From NCBI GenBank assembly GCA_965238225.1, contig OZ250183.1:1440001-1504000 (forward strand): DNA of 64,000 nucleotides, written 5' to 3'. Below are positions 32,207 through 40,912 of the stretch, in pieces. The notes under the pieces are model-generated. The model was not told the DNA's origin and did no database searches. It saw only the letters and a list, made by a program, of their open reading frames with translations. Position 1 is the first letter of the stretch. Each line of letters opens with the position of its first letter. The position numbers and the translations under genes are program-made. The DNA comes from Gammaproteobacteria bacterium (GTDB taxonomy: Bacteria > Pseudomonadota > Gammaproteobacteria > Eutrophobiales > Eutrophobiaceae).

Positions 32207-33143
32207 TATTATCGGTGGCTCGCATTGGGCAAACTGCATTGCCGCACACGGTTTGGATAGGCAGTTCGCAGCCACAACCTTCTCGTGCTTTCGCGAAGTG
32301 CTGCGTGCGCCATGGCGGTTACTTTCGTCGGAGACCGTGCTGATCCTTGGTCATGGCATGCCCAACTCTATCAAACGTTTGATCTGGTTCATGCTTTTCG
32401 TTCTGGTCTGGGCACTAGGGCGGCGGCATTTATTTCTCTACTGGATCGGATCGGAAGTGCTGCGCCCCGCTGCGCCGTGGCAAGACGCACTCTATCTTTG
32501 GTTCGCAAAGCGCCGCCGGGTGCATCTGCTTTGTGGTGCGCCGTGGTTCGTGGAACACCTAGCCGAACGTGGTCTAGAAGTCAACTGCATACCTTTTCCT
32601 TATGATACAAGCCAAGCCCAAGCGTATGCCGAAAGTTGGCCAGAAGAAACAAGTCTGATAGCCAGCACTTACTTGACGCCTTCGCATTGGGACAACAGCA
32701 ACGGTGACTGGATCGTTGAGCTTTGCCGTTTGCGCCCCGAGGTTCAATGGCACATCATTGGTATGTCGCGAGACAATGCTATGGGTGGTCTCGACCAGCT
32801 GGATAACGTGGAGCTATTTGGCTGGGATTCTGAACCACAACGCCGAATAAGTAACTGTCACATGTTTCTGCGCCTAACCCGCAACGATGCCTATGCGGGT
32901 ACCGTGCGCGATGCACAGGCAATGCGCCGCATCGTGCTATTTACCAAGCCCATGGACGACTGTATCCAAGTCTCGGAGAGTAATTTTGAGCCTTGCCGAA
33001 AAATATTCCTCGACATTGCTGATGCCTTTTTCCAAGGTGATGCCAAGCAAATCACAGCGCTGCGATCTAAAGGAACAAGGATACCAAGTATTGCGCAGGG
33101 TGCACAGAGACTATCGGAATTTATAAAAAGCTACCGTACTTGA
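32193..33143 (+). CDS. Divergent GT-B-like glycosyltransferase or hypothetical protein
   Basis: 316 aa; LYWIGSEV, DNVELFGW, LRLTRNDAYAGTVRDAQAM resembles a degenerate GT4 E-x7-E region. Confidence 0.45.
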   Translation: MLRISIIGGSHWANCIAAHGLDRQFAATTFSCFREVLRAPWRLLSSETVLILGHGMPNSIKRLIWFMLFVLVWALGRRHLFLYWIGSEVLRPAAPWQDALYLWFAKRRRVHLLCGAPWFVEHLAERGLEVNCIPFPYDTSQAQAYAESWPEETSLIASTYLTPSHWDNSNGDWIVELCRLRPEVQWHIIGMSRDNAMGGLDQLDNVELFGWDSEPQRRISNCHMFLRLTRNDAYAGTVRDAQAMRRIVLFTKPMDDCIQVSESNFEPCRKIFLDIADAFFQGDAKQITALRSKGTRIPSIAQGAQRLSEFIKSYRT

Positions 33144-33149
33144 AATCTT

Positions 33150-33485
33150 AATCATGTTTATATGTCTTGTTGCTGTCCGAACTAATACAGTATGCTCAGA
33201 ACATCTCGATCATTATCTCTGAACCAACCTATTCTTTCTGTTTTGTGGGGTGTCACAACATGCTGCTGGCGGCTCTGTCGGTGTCTCTATATATGTCTTT
33301 TACTGCGCGATATCTCTGCTCAGACGACGCGATGGCTCGGTTGGGTTTGGATTAGACATGCTTTCTGTACTGGCATTCGCAATGATCTCCAGAGATACTT
33401 TGTTTCCATACCGACTATTCTGGCTATGCTGATCGCTATTAGGGAAGGAATATTTACATCCCCTTTAACAAGAAAAATGAGATAA
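33150..33485 (+). pseudogene. Degraded membrane-protein gene (possible Wzy polymerase remnant)
   Basis: Short hydrophobic fragments in several frames, no intact ORF, typical wzy position. Confidence 0.35.
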
Positions 33486-33492
33486 CAAAATA

Positions 33493-34662
33493 ATGAGCAA
33501 TGGTCTAATGGTTCATGCCCATCGGGTTTCATTTAAATACGATAGTCGGATGTTTAAGGTAATCCACAGCATCGAAAAGGCAGGAATTTTCCACAATATT
33601 TTAGTGCTTGCGCTATGGAGAGATAGGGATGACTTGGCAGCTCAAGAATCTGTCAGCAAGCATTGCCAAATTGTGCATATCAAGCCAAGATTTACTGAAT
33701 CAATCAAGAATAAATGGGGTAAATTGCTCAGGCTCATCGACTGGTATCAAGCTGTGCTGGTCTACATGAAAAACCGTGATGTCAAATGCGTAAATTGCCA
33801 TAGCCTCCCTATATTGCCGCTTTGTGTACTGCTAAAGTTCATCAAAAAATGTAGGCTTGTTTACGAACCTCATGAATTGGAAACAGAGACTAGCGTTTCC
33901 ATCGGCATTAGGAAATTTTTTGCAAGATGGCTAGAAAGAATCCTTATCCGCTATACAGATGAAGTATGCGTGGTTAACGATTCAATTGCCCATTGGTATA
34001 AGGAAGCCTATGGCTTACATAGGGTGTGGGTAGTAAAAAATATTCCACACCGCATCGAAAACGAACCGGCACCGACAGGTTTACTGAGGCATGCCTTGGG
34101 TTTAAGTCCTCATGCTCAGATGTATTTATACCAAGGTGGTCTATCCCATGGCAGAGGGATTGAATTGTTGCTGAACGTCTTTGCCCAAACCAATCCTTCA
34201 AAACAGCTTGTTTTCATGGGGTTTGGGCAGCTTACTGGGTTGGTAAAAAAATTTACAGAAATTTATCCGAACATCCACTATCACCCAGCAGTAAGACCTA
34301 AAGAAATTGCCAGTTATACAGTAGATGCTGACGTGGGATTGTCCGTGATCGAAAACGTATGTTTAAATCACTATCTTTGTCTGCCCAACAAATTTTTTGA
34401 ATATATGAGTTGTGGTGTACCATCAATAGTAAGCGATTTCCCAGAACTAGGTAGCGTCATCGACGAATTCGGTTCGGGCTGGAAGGTGAGTCCTACAGAA
34501 GAAAAGGTCTTGGAATTAATTAACTCGATAAGCGATGAAGACATTAAGCGTAAGAAGGCAAACGCATTGGACGCTAGGTCAAAATTTGGCTGGGATATCG
34601 AAGAAAAGCAGTTGCTCGAATTATATAAGCATCTAGGTTATGCCTCTTATCCTGAAAAATAA
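33493..34662 (+). CDS. Glycosyltransferase family 4
   Basis: DSRMFK, LVYEPHELETE, YQGGLSHGRGIE, LPNKFFEYMSCGVP. Confidence 0.88.
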   Translation: MSNGLMVHAHRVSFKYDSRMFKVIHSIEKAGIFHNILVLALWRDRDDLAAQESVSKHCQIVHIKPRFTESIKNKWGKLLRLIDWYQAVLVYMKNRDVKCVNCHSLPILPLCVLLKFIKKCRLVYEPHELETETSVSIGIRKFFARWLERILIRYTDEVCVVNDSIAHWYKEAYGLHRVWVVKNIPHRIENEPAPTGLLRHALGLSPHAQMYLYQGGLSHGRGIELLLNVFAQTNPSKQLVFMGFGQLTGLVKKFTEIYPNIHYHPAVRPKEIASYTVDADVGLSVIENVCLNHYLCLPNKFFEYMSCGVPSIVSDFPELGSVIDEFGSGWKVSPTEEKVLELINSISDEDIKRKKANALDARSKFGWDIEEKQLLELYKHLGYASYPEK

Positions 34663-34709
34663 GCTTCAATTGCCTTATAAGCAACACGTCTATCTGAATA
34701 GAATTTATT

Positions 34710-35031
34710 ATGATGATGACTATAACAGTTAGAAATGTTCAAGCGTACATGTGCTACATCTGAACCCATCGGTGAATACTGCAATCACCTTTGACCAAGA
34801 GGGTGTACGCAATCATTGTCATCGCTATGGGAGAACGGGTCTGTGCACACGTATTAAAGAGCGAGGACGCAAGCACTGTACTGTAGGCCCTAGTCGAAAA
34901 AATTATGAACTGCCAATGAAGTCATTTTAGAAAATACAGAAATAACTGCCAAAAAATTCAGTGGTCAAGACATGCTGTCAGCAAGCTGCGTGCTGTGGAT
35001 TATATCCTCGATAAGCCAATGGATGTTGCGT
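34710..35031 (+). pseudogene. Internally deleted N-acetyl-sugar amidotransferase (WbpG/WbuX-like) remnant
   Basis: 34781-34828 reads AITFDQEGVRNHCHRY (family N-terminus ITFD..GVCNHC); a C-terminal-like LPMKSF*..YRN follows about 100 bp later. Confidence 0.6.
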
Positions 35032-35042
35032 AAGATTCTAAG

Positions 35043-36272
35043 ATGAAAACCGTCTGGATATTAAATCACTATGCTCAAGAACCTAGTGGCACTGGGGGTA
35101 CACGACACTACGGTCTAGCCAAGCATTTCATACATAGTGGCTGGCAAGCAAATATTATTGCAGCAAGTGTCGAACACTATACTGGTCGGCAACGCCTAGA
35201 AAATAACGAAAAAATACGGCACGCCAAGTTTGATAATGTCGATTTTCTCTGGGTTAAGACACCACAGTACAATGGCAACGGTGGTGGGCGAATACGCAAT
35301 ATGCTGGTTTATACAGCGCGTGTATTACAGCCCTCGGTTACGAGCGGATTAACCCGTCCAGACGTAGTGATTGGATCTAGTGTTCATCCCTTTGCTGCAT
35401 GGTCAGGAGCCATGCTCGCAAAACGTTTTGATGTTCCGTTTGTGTTCGAGGTGCGCGATCTGTGGCCACAAACGCTAATCGATATGGACAAGCTGCAAGC
35501 AAATGGCATAGCAAGCAAATTGTTGCAATGCTTAGAGGGGTGGCTCTACCGCCGTGCGAACAAAATTGTAATTTTGCAGCCAAGGGCATCAAGCTATATC
35601 ATACCGCTTGGTGTTAATCCAGAAAAAATCATCTGGGTACCTAATGGTGTAGAACTCGAAGCTTATCCAGAGCCTTCTCGTCCTCCTAAAAAACCGATTT
35701 TTACCTTGATGTATTTCGGTGCGCATGGGCAGGGGAATGATTTAGGTCGCATCATAGAGGCAATGGCAGAACTGAAGAAGATGCGCCCTATGAAGCCAGT
35801 TATTCTGCGCTTGATTGGTGCGGGACCTGAGAAATCGGCACTGCAAAAACGTACTATCGAATTAGGTTTGGACAACGTCCGTTTCGAACCCCCCGTACCA
35901 AAGCAGGACATACCAACAATCGCGAAGGATGCAGATGCTTTTATCATTGTCGTCAAAGACCTGCTGAAGCTTAACCGTTTCGGTATGAGCATGAATAAAT
36001 TATTCGATTACTTTGCCGCAGCCCGTCCGGTCATCATCGCCTCTGTTGTCGCGAATAACCCTGTGCAAGAAGCCAAAGCAGGAGTTACCGCGCGACCAGA
36101 CAATCCTACTGAACTTGCCAAAACAATAGTAGGTCTTGTTGCGATGCCAGACAACATCCGTGCTGCAATGGGTCGTGCTGGGCGCTCGTATGTAGAACAA
36201 AATCATAGTTACAAAGCACTGGCAGCAAAGTTTATCAGTATATTTAACGAGGTAATTTCTGAGCATCAATGA
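35043..36272 (+). CDS. Glycosyltransferase family 4 (WbuB-like)
   Basis: WILNHYA, FEVRDLWP, WVPNGVE, YFGAHGQGN, SMNKLFDYFAAARP. Confidence 0.88.
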   Translation: MKTVWILNHYAQEPSGTGGTRHYGLAKHFIHSGWQANIIAASVEHYTGRQRLENNEKIRHAKFDNVDFLWVKTPQYNGNGGGRIRNMLVYTARVLQPSVTSGLTRPDVVIGSSVHPFAAWSGAMLAKRFDVPFVFEVRDLWPQTLIDMDKLQANGIASKLLQCLEGWLYRRANKIVILQPRASSYIIPLGVNPEKIIWVPNGVELEAYPEPSRPPKKPIFTLMYFGAHGQGNDLGRIIEAMAELKKMRPMKPVILRLIGAGPEKSALQKRTIELGLDNVRFEPPVPKQDIPTIAKDADAFIIVVKDLLKLNRFGMSMNKLFDYFAAARPVIIASVVANNPVQEAKAGVTARPDNPTELAKTIVGLVAMPDNIRAAMGRAGRSYVEQNHSYKALAAKFISIFNEVISEHQ

Positions 36273-36859
36273 AACGCGTATTCGATTTTTTGATTGCCCT
36301 TATAGTGTTAATGATTTTCCTGCCACTAATGTTTGTCATCGCTTGGCTAGTGCTCTGCAATCAAGGCTCACCAGTTTTGTTTCGCCAAATCCGTCCAGGA
36401 AAAGATGGCAAGCCCTTCAAGATGATCAAGTTCAGGTCTATGCGTGATGTGGTGGACGCTGATGGAAATTTGCTTCCAGACTCCGAACGAATGACGACTT
36501 TTAGCTCGTTTCTTCGCTCAACAAGCTTGGATGAGTTACCACAATTTTGGAATGTTTTAATGGGTGATATGAGTCTAGTAGGACCCCGCCCGCTCTTGAT
36601 GGAATATTTACCTCTCTATTCTAAAAAACAGTTTCGCCGGCATGAAATCTATCCTGGTATCACTGGTTGGGCGCAAGTCAATGGTCGCAATGGGGTTTCG
36701 TGGGAAAAGAGGTTTGCCTTAGACGTGTGGTATGTTGATCATCAATCATTTTGGCTGGATTTGAAAATTTTATTTTTGACAATAAAGAAAGTCTTTGTTC
36801 GGGATGGGAGTAATGCCGAGGATGAAGCGACTACGCGAAAATTCACAGGAAACCAGTGA
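36269..36859 (+). CDS. Initiating phosphoglycosyl transferase (PglC/Bac_transf family)
   Basis: KRVFD, KFRSM, RSTSLDELPQ, GDMSLVGPRP, PGITGWAQVNGR. Confidence 0.92.
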   Translation: MKRVFDFLIALIVLMIFLPLMFVIAWLVLCNQGSPVLFRQIRPGKDGKPFKMIKFRSMRDVVDADGNLLPDSERMTTFSSFLRSTSLDELPQFWNVLMGDMSLVGPRPLLMEYLPLYSKKQFRRHEIYPGITGWAQVNGRNGVSWEKRFALDVWYVDHQSFWLDLKILFLTIKKVFVRDGSNAEDEATTRKFTGNQ

Positions 36860-37488
36860 TGCATAAATTAGCGATTTTTGGCGCAAGCGGTCATGGTAAG
36901 GTTGTAGGTGACACAGCGCTGCAATGTGGTTGGAGTGAGATTGCTTTTTTTGATGATGCTTGGCCTAAATTGCAGACAAATGGTCGATGGTCTGTGCTTG
37001 GAGATACCGCTTCCTTGCGTAAGCGTGCGCGTGAATTTTCTGGTGTGGTGGTTGCTATTGGAAATAACCGCATCCGGCTGAATAAAAGTTTGCATTTGCG
37101 CGAAGCCGGGTTAGCTTTGATTACATTGATTCATCCAAGAGCCTGTGTCTCTGAGGATGTTGCGATTGATTTGGGTAGCGTAGTGTTTGCGGGTGCCGTA
37201 GTGCAAACAGGCACATCGATTGGGCTGGCGGGGATTGTGAATACCGTAGCAACGGTGGATCACGATTGTTCGCTTACAGCGGGCGTACATGTTTGCCCAG
37301 GCGCGCATCTAGCCGGTGGCGTTGCAGTGGGTGAATGTTCTTGGATCGGAATCGGTGCTACGGTGAATCAGTGTATGACGATTGGCGCGGATGTGACGGT
37401 CGGCGCAAAGAGTGCAGTGATTGCAGATATTCCAGACAAGGTGACGGTTGTCGGTGTGCCGGCACAGGTTATTGAAAAGAGAAGCTAA
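36856..37488 (+). CDS. Sugar acetyltransferase (PglD/NeuD family)
   Basis: IFGASGHGKVV, FFDD, VAIGNN.IR, LIHP, VDHDC, hexapeptide repeats. Confidence 0.87.
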   Translation: MMHKLAIFGASGHGKVVGDTALQCGWSEIAFFDDAWPKLQTNGRWSVLGDTASLRKRAREFSGVVVAIGNNRIRLNKSLHLREAGLALITLIHPRACVSEDVAIDLGSVVFAGAVVQTGTSIGLAGIVNTVATVDHDCSLTAGVHVCPGAHLAGGVAVGECSWIGIGATVNQCMTIGADVTVGAKSAVIADIPDKVTVVGVPAQVIEKRS

Positions 37489-37492
37489 ACTA

Positions 37493-38746
37493 ATGTTAAA
37501 CACGCCATTTTCGCCTTGGCCTTCTTTCACCGAAGAAGAAGTGAATGCCGTACGGCAGGTATTGCTGTCAAATCGTGTAAATTACTGGACTGGTTCCGAA
37601 TGTCGCAAGTTTGAGAAGGAATTTGCAACTTGGACAGATGCACGTTATGCCATCGGAGTAGGCACCGGCACTCTTGCTCTGGAGGTGGCGCTTAAAGCCC
37701 TAGATATTGGTCCAGGCGATGAAGTGGTGGTAACGCCGCGGACTTTTATTGCCAGCATCTCATGCGTTGTCGCCGTCGGGGCAACACCGGTGTTTGCAGA
37801 TGTAGACCCGAATAGCGGAAACTTGAGTGCAAAAACTATTGCAACAGTATTAACGTCGCACACTAAAGCCGTTATTGTAGTGCACTTGGCTGGCTGGCCA
37901 GCAGATATGCATCCAATCATGCACCTAGCCACGCAGCATGACGTTAAGGTGATTGAGGACTGCGCCCAAGCGCACGGCGCACGTTATAAAGGACATAGCG
38001 TAGGCAGTATTGGTCACATAGGGGCTTGGAGTTTTTGTCAGGACAAGATTATGACTACCGGGGGAGAAGGCGGCATGGTGACGACCAACGACCCCGATCT
38101 TTGGTTGCGCATGTGGTCTTATAAAGACCACGGCAAAAGCTGGGAGGCAGCTCATGAACACCAGCACTCGCCGGGTTTTCGTTGGTTGCACAAGAGCTTT
38201 GGTACTAACTTACGCATGATGGAGATGCAAGCAGCAATTGGTCGCATCCAGTTAAGTCGTATGCCCGAATGGACACAACGCCGTGTGGCTAATGCGGTGG
38301 TTTTAACTCAGGCATTGCAGCCTTATGCTGAGCCAAATGGCGTGGTGCGCCTACCCGTTTTCAGCTGTACCAGTGATTGTGATTGCCTGACCAACGCTCA
38401 GAATCAGACGCGCACGGTAGAATGTGTGCATGCTCAATACAAGTTTTACTGTTACATTCGTCCGGAAAAACTGACCCAAGGTTGGAACCGCCACCGAATT
38501 TTGGAAGAAATTAACAATCTTGGCGTTCCCTGTTACCAAGGAAGCTGTTCTGAGGTCTATTTGGAAAGAGCGTTTGACAATACCGATTATCGACCAGCAG
38601 AGCGTTTACCAGTTGCCCGTGAACTCGGCGACACATCTTTAATGTTTTTGGTACATCCAACCTTGACCGAAGCTGAGATAAATAAGACAGCAACGGCTGT
38701 CACTACAGTACTACAACAAGCTTCAAATCATGCAGTGTCAGGGTGA
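37493..38746 (+). CDS. DegT-family aminotransferase (bacillosamine-pathway type)
   Basis: FSPWPSF, NRVNYWTG, IEDCAQAHGA, SFCQDKIMTTGGEGG; likely start ATG 37493. Confidence 0.85.
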   Translation: MLNTPFSPWPSFTEEEVNAVRQVLLSNRVNYWTGSECRKFEKEFATWTDARYAIGVGTGTLALEVALKALDIGPGDEVVVTPRTFIASISCVVAVGATPVFADVDPNSGNLSAKTIATVLTSHTKAVIVVHLAGWPADMHPIMHLATQHDVKVIEDCAQAHGARYKGHSVGSIGHIGAWSFCQDKIMTTGGEGGMVTTNDPDLWLRMWSYKDHGKSWEAAHEHQHSPGFRWLHKSFGTNLRMMEMQAAIGRIQLSRMPEWTQRRVANAVVLTQALQPYAEPNGVVRLPVFSCTSDCDCLTNAQNQTRTVECVHAQYKFYCYIRPEKLTQGWNRHRILEEINNLGVPCYQGSCSEVYLERAFDNTDYRPAERLPVARELGDTSLMFLVHPTLTEAEINKTATAVTTVLQQASNHAVSG

Positions 38747-38772
38747 AAATAAATCAGAAATCATTAGATCGC

Positions 38773-39410
38773 TTACCTGAGTATAAAAAATAATACAATA
38801 CCGTCATCTCCAGTCAGATAATCCTGTCCTGTACCACCACTTAAAGTATCGTCACCATTATCGCCATATAAGTAATCATTACCGTTGTCGCCGCTACCGT
38901 TAAATCCGTATAGGGTATCTGTGCCGTTACCGCCGTTTAAGTTATCGTTAACTCCGTACAGGGTATCTGTGCCGTCATTACCGTATATGTGCTCATCACC
39001 ACTGCCACCAGTGAGATTGTTACTGTTATTATCGCCTACCAACAACGAGACATTTAGCTCTGATGCGTTATTTAGCTGTGTCACTGTCCATACAGTACCA
39101 TCAGCAAACTTAACTTGGTCTAATTGGTAAGTATTGTTTAGGAAGTGATTTTGAATCGTTATAGTTTCTGTTGTGTTATCAGCACCACTTACTTGTAGTA
39201 GAAGATTATTATCTACGCGAGTTATTTGAACATCCGTGGTGCAATGCCTTGTCCAATGGCAATGCCTTGTCCAAGTTGCAAGGTATCTGTGCTGTTGCCT
39301 GTATCGAGATTATGAATGGTTGTATCACCGTCACCTTGGGAAAACAGATAAGTATCGTTACCGCTACCTCCATTTAAGGTGTCGTTACCAGCATCTCCCC
39401 ACAACAAGAC
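38773..39410 (-). pseudogene. RTX/hemolysin-type Ca-binding protein remnant
   Basis: GDAGNDTLNGGSGNDTYLF, KFADGTVWT, GG.G.D.L nonapeptides; no start codon, frameshift at an 18-bp duplication near 39240-39275. Confidence 0.8.
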
Positions 39411-39414
39411 TGGT

Positions 39415-39505
39415 TGGCGGAGAGAGAGGGATTCGAACCCTCGATACGGGGTTACCGTATACACACTTTCCAGGCGTGCGCCTTCAACCACTCGGCCACC
39501 TCTCC
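39415..39505 (-). tRNA. tRNA-Ser (GGA)
   Basis: GGAGAGGTGGCCGAGTGGTTGAAGGCGCACGCCT-GGA-AAGTGTG, long variable arm, GGTTCGAATCC, ends TCTCCGCCA; 91 nt. Confidence 0.97.
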
Positions 39506-39607
39506 GTATATTGATAGAAATATAAGGAGCGCGAAGGTTAAACAAGAAAGGATATTTATGCAATCTTGAGATAGGCTTTTGGATAAACTCTTAAACTCAA
39601 AGCAATA

Positions 39608-40216
39608 TTAAATCTCATTAATATATTTCTGATAGTCCCTTGGAGTGTCAATATCATCAAGCGTTTCCAATTCAACGTAATCTATATTTAACCGAGCAAA
39701 GTTCTGGCGTGTGCTTTCGGCAACATGTGCTGTGCCCCATAAAATATTCTGGAAAATTTCTGGATGCGATACATTCAAACCAATTAAATAATAACCACCA
39801 TCTTGTGCAGGCCCAAGGACAGCATCCTTGCCCTTATGTAAATGTTGATAACATTGATTCAAAATACCTGTTGTGATTGTTGCACAATCACTGCCTATGA
39901 CTGCAACAAATGCGTTTTTTGCTAATGCAGTGTCAGTCGCTCTGTACATCCTTTTGCCGAGGTCATGTCCTTGCTGAATTTTTATTGCACATGAATAGTC
40001 CAATCCACATTGCGTTAAAAATGGATGACCATTTCCCAAGGTACACCAAATTTCAACGGTTCTAAAATAAGATGCCTTTGCCTTTACCAGTGTTGAATGC
40101 AAAACAGTCTGGTGGAATTCAGCAGCACCTTCAGCGCCTAATAATGGGATAAGTCTGGTTTTTGTTTGTCCGGGAACTGGCGCGCGCGTAAAAACCAGTA
40201 AAGCGGTTTTAATCAT
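39608..40216 (-). CDS. TIGR04282/DUF2064 family transferase (arsenosugar-associated)
   Basis: FTRAPVPGQTKTRL, QQGHDLGKRM, IGSDC, LGPAQDGGYYLIG, DIDTPRD. Confidence 0.85.
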   Translation of the reverse strand: MIKTALLVFTRAPVPGQTKTRLIPLLGAEGAAEFHQTVLHSTLVKAKASYFRTVEIWCTLGNGHPFLTQCGLDYSCAIKIQQGHDLGKRMYRATDTALAKNAFVAVIGSDCATITTGILNQCYQHLHKGKDAVLGPAQDGGYYLIGLNVSHPEIFQNILWGTAHVAESTRQNFARLNIDYVELETLDDIDTPRDYQKYINEI

Positions 40217-40221
40217 GCTAA

Positions 40222-40896
40222 TTAATCATACTGCTTGGCAAGGCTTATCGGAGCAAAACCTATATAATATAAGAACCTGAGCCGCCACATTGTAAGTGTG
40301 GTATTTATCATACCAAGTTTTTCCCAGCGCCTGCTTGAGGTGAGTACCTTTGCGCTTAAACACAATGGCGCACAGATATTTTTTAATTTTCCGCTTATGG
40401 CAACATCTTCCATTAACGCGATTTCAGGAAAACCGCCTACTTCTTGAAATAGTGTTCGTGAAACAAAAATCAGCTGATCACCCGTTGCTATTCCTGTCAG
40501 TCGTGAACGTAGATTCATCATTAATTCTATGAGTCTGAGCAAGCGGTGTTTGCCGGATAATTGTACATCGAACCGTCCCCAACAGGATGTATCTTCCTCA
40601 AATGATAGAACCAGTTCTAAGAAGTTTTCAGGCAGGCGAGTATCTGCGTGTAAGAAAAAAATAAATTTACCCTGAGCCTTTTTAGCGCCCGCATTCATTT
40701 GCGCTGCACGACCTTGACGATTTGATATAAACTGATCACAAAGCCCTTCTGTCAGCTTAGGTGTTTTATCGATACTTCCACCATCAACCACGACCACTTC
40801 AAAACCTTCTTGCCTGCATTCTTGTAGTTGTAATAAACAAGCCTCTATCTGGGCTTCTTCGTTTAATGTTGGGATGATGATTGTATGTAATGTCAT
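40222..40896 (-). CDS. TIGR04283 family GT2 glycosyltransferase (arsenosugar-associated)
   Basis: IIPTLNEE, VDGGS.D, GRAAQMNAGA, FLHAD, TGDQLIF, LMED, TSSRRW; likely start ATG 40896. Confidence 0.85.
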   Translation of the reverse strand: MTLHTIIIPTLNEEAQIEACLLQLQECRQEGFEVVVVDGGSIDKTPKLTEGLCDQFISNRQGRAAQMNAGAKKAQGKFIFFLHADTRLPENFLELVLSFEEDTSCWGRFDVQLSGKHRLLRLIELMMNLRSRLTGIATGDQLIFVSRTLFQEVGGFPEIALMEDVAISGKLKNICAPLCLSAKVLTSSRRWEKLGMINTTLTMWRLRFLYYIGFAPISLAKQYD

Positions 40897-40912
40897 TTCA
40901 GACGAGGGCAAA

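Noticed and set aside
39222-39563. 113-aa ORF spanning the tRNA-Ser
   Set aside because: Chance read-through of the tRNA sequence into the RTX remnant, not a real gene
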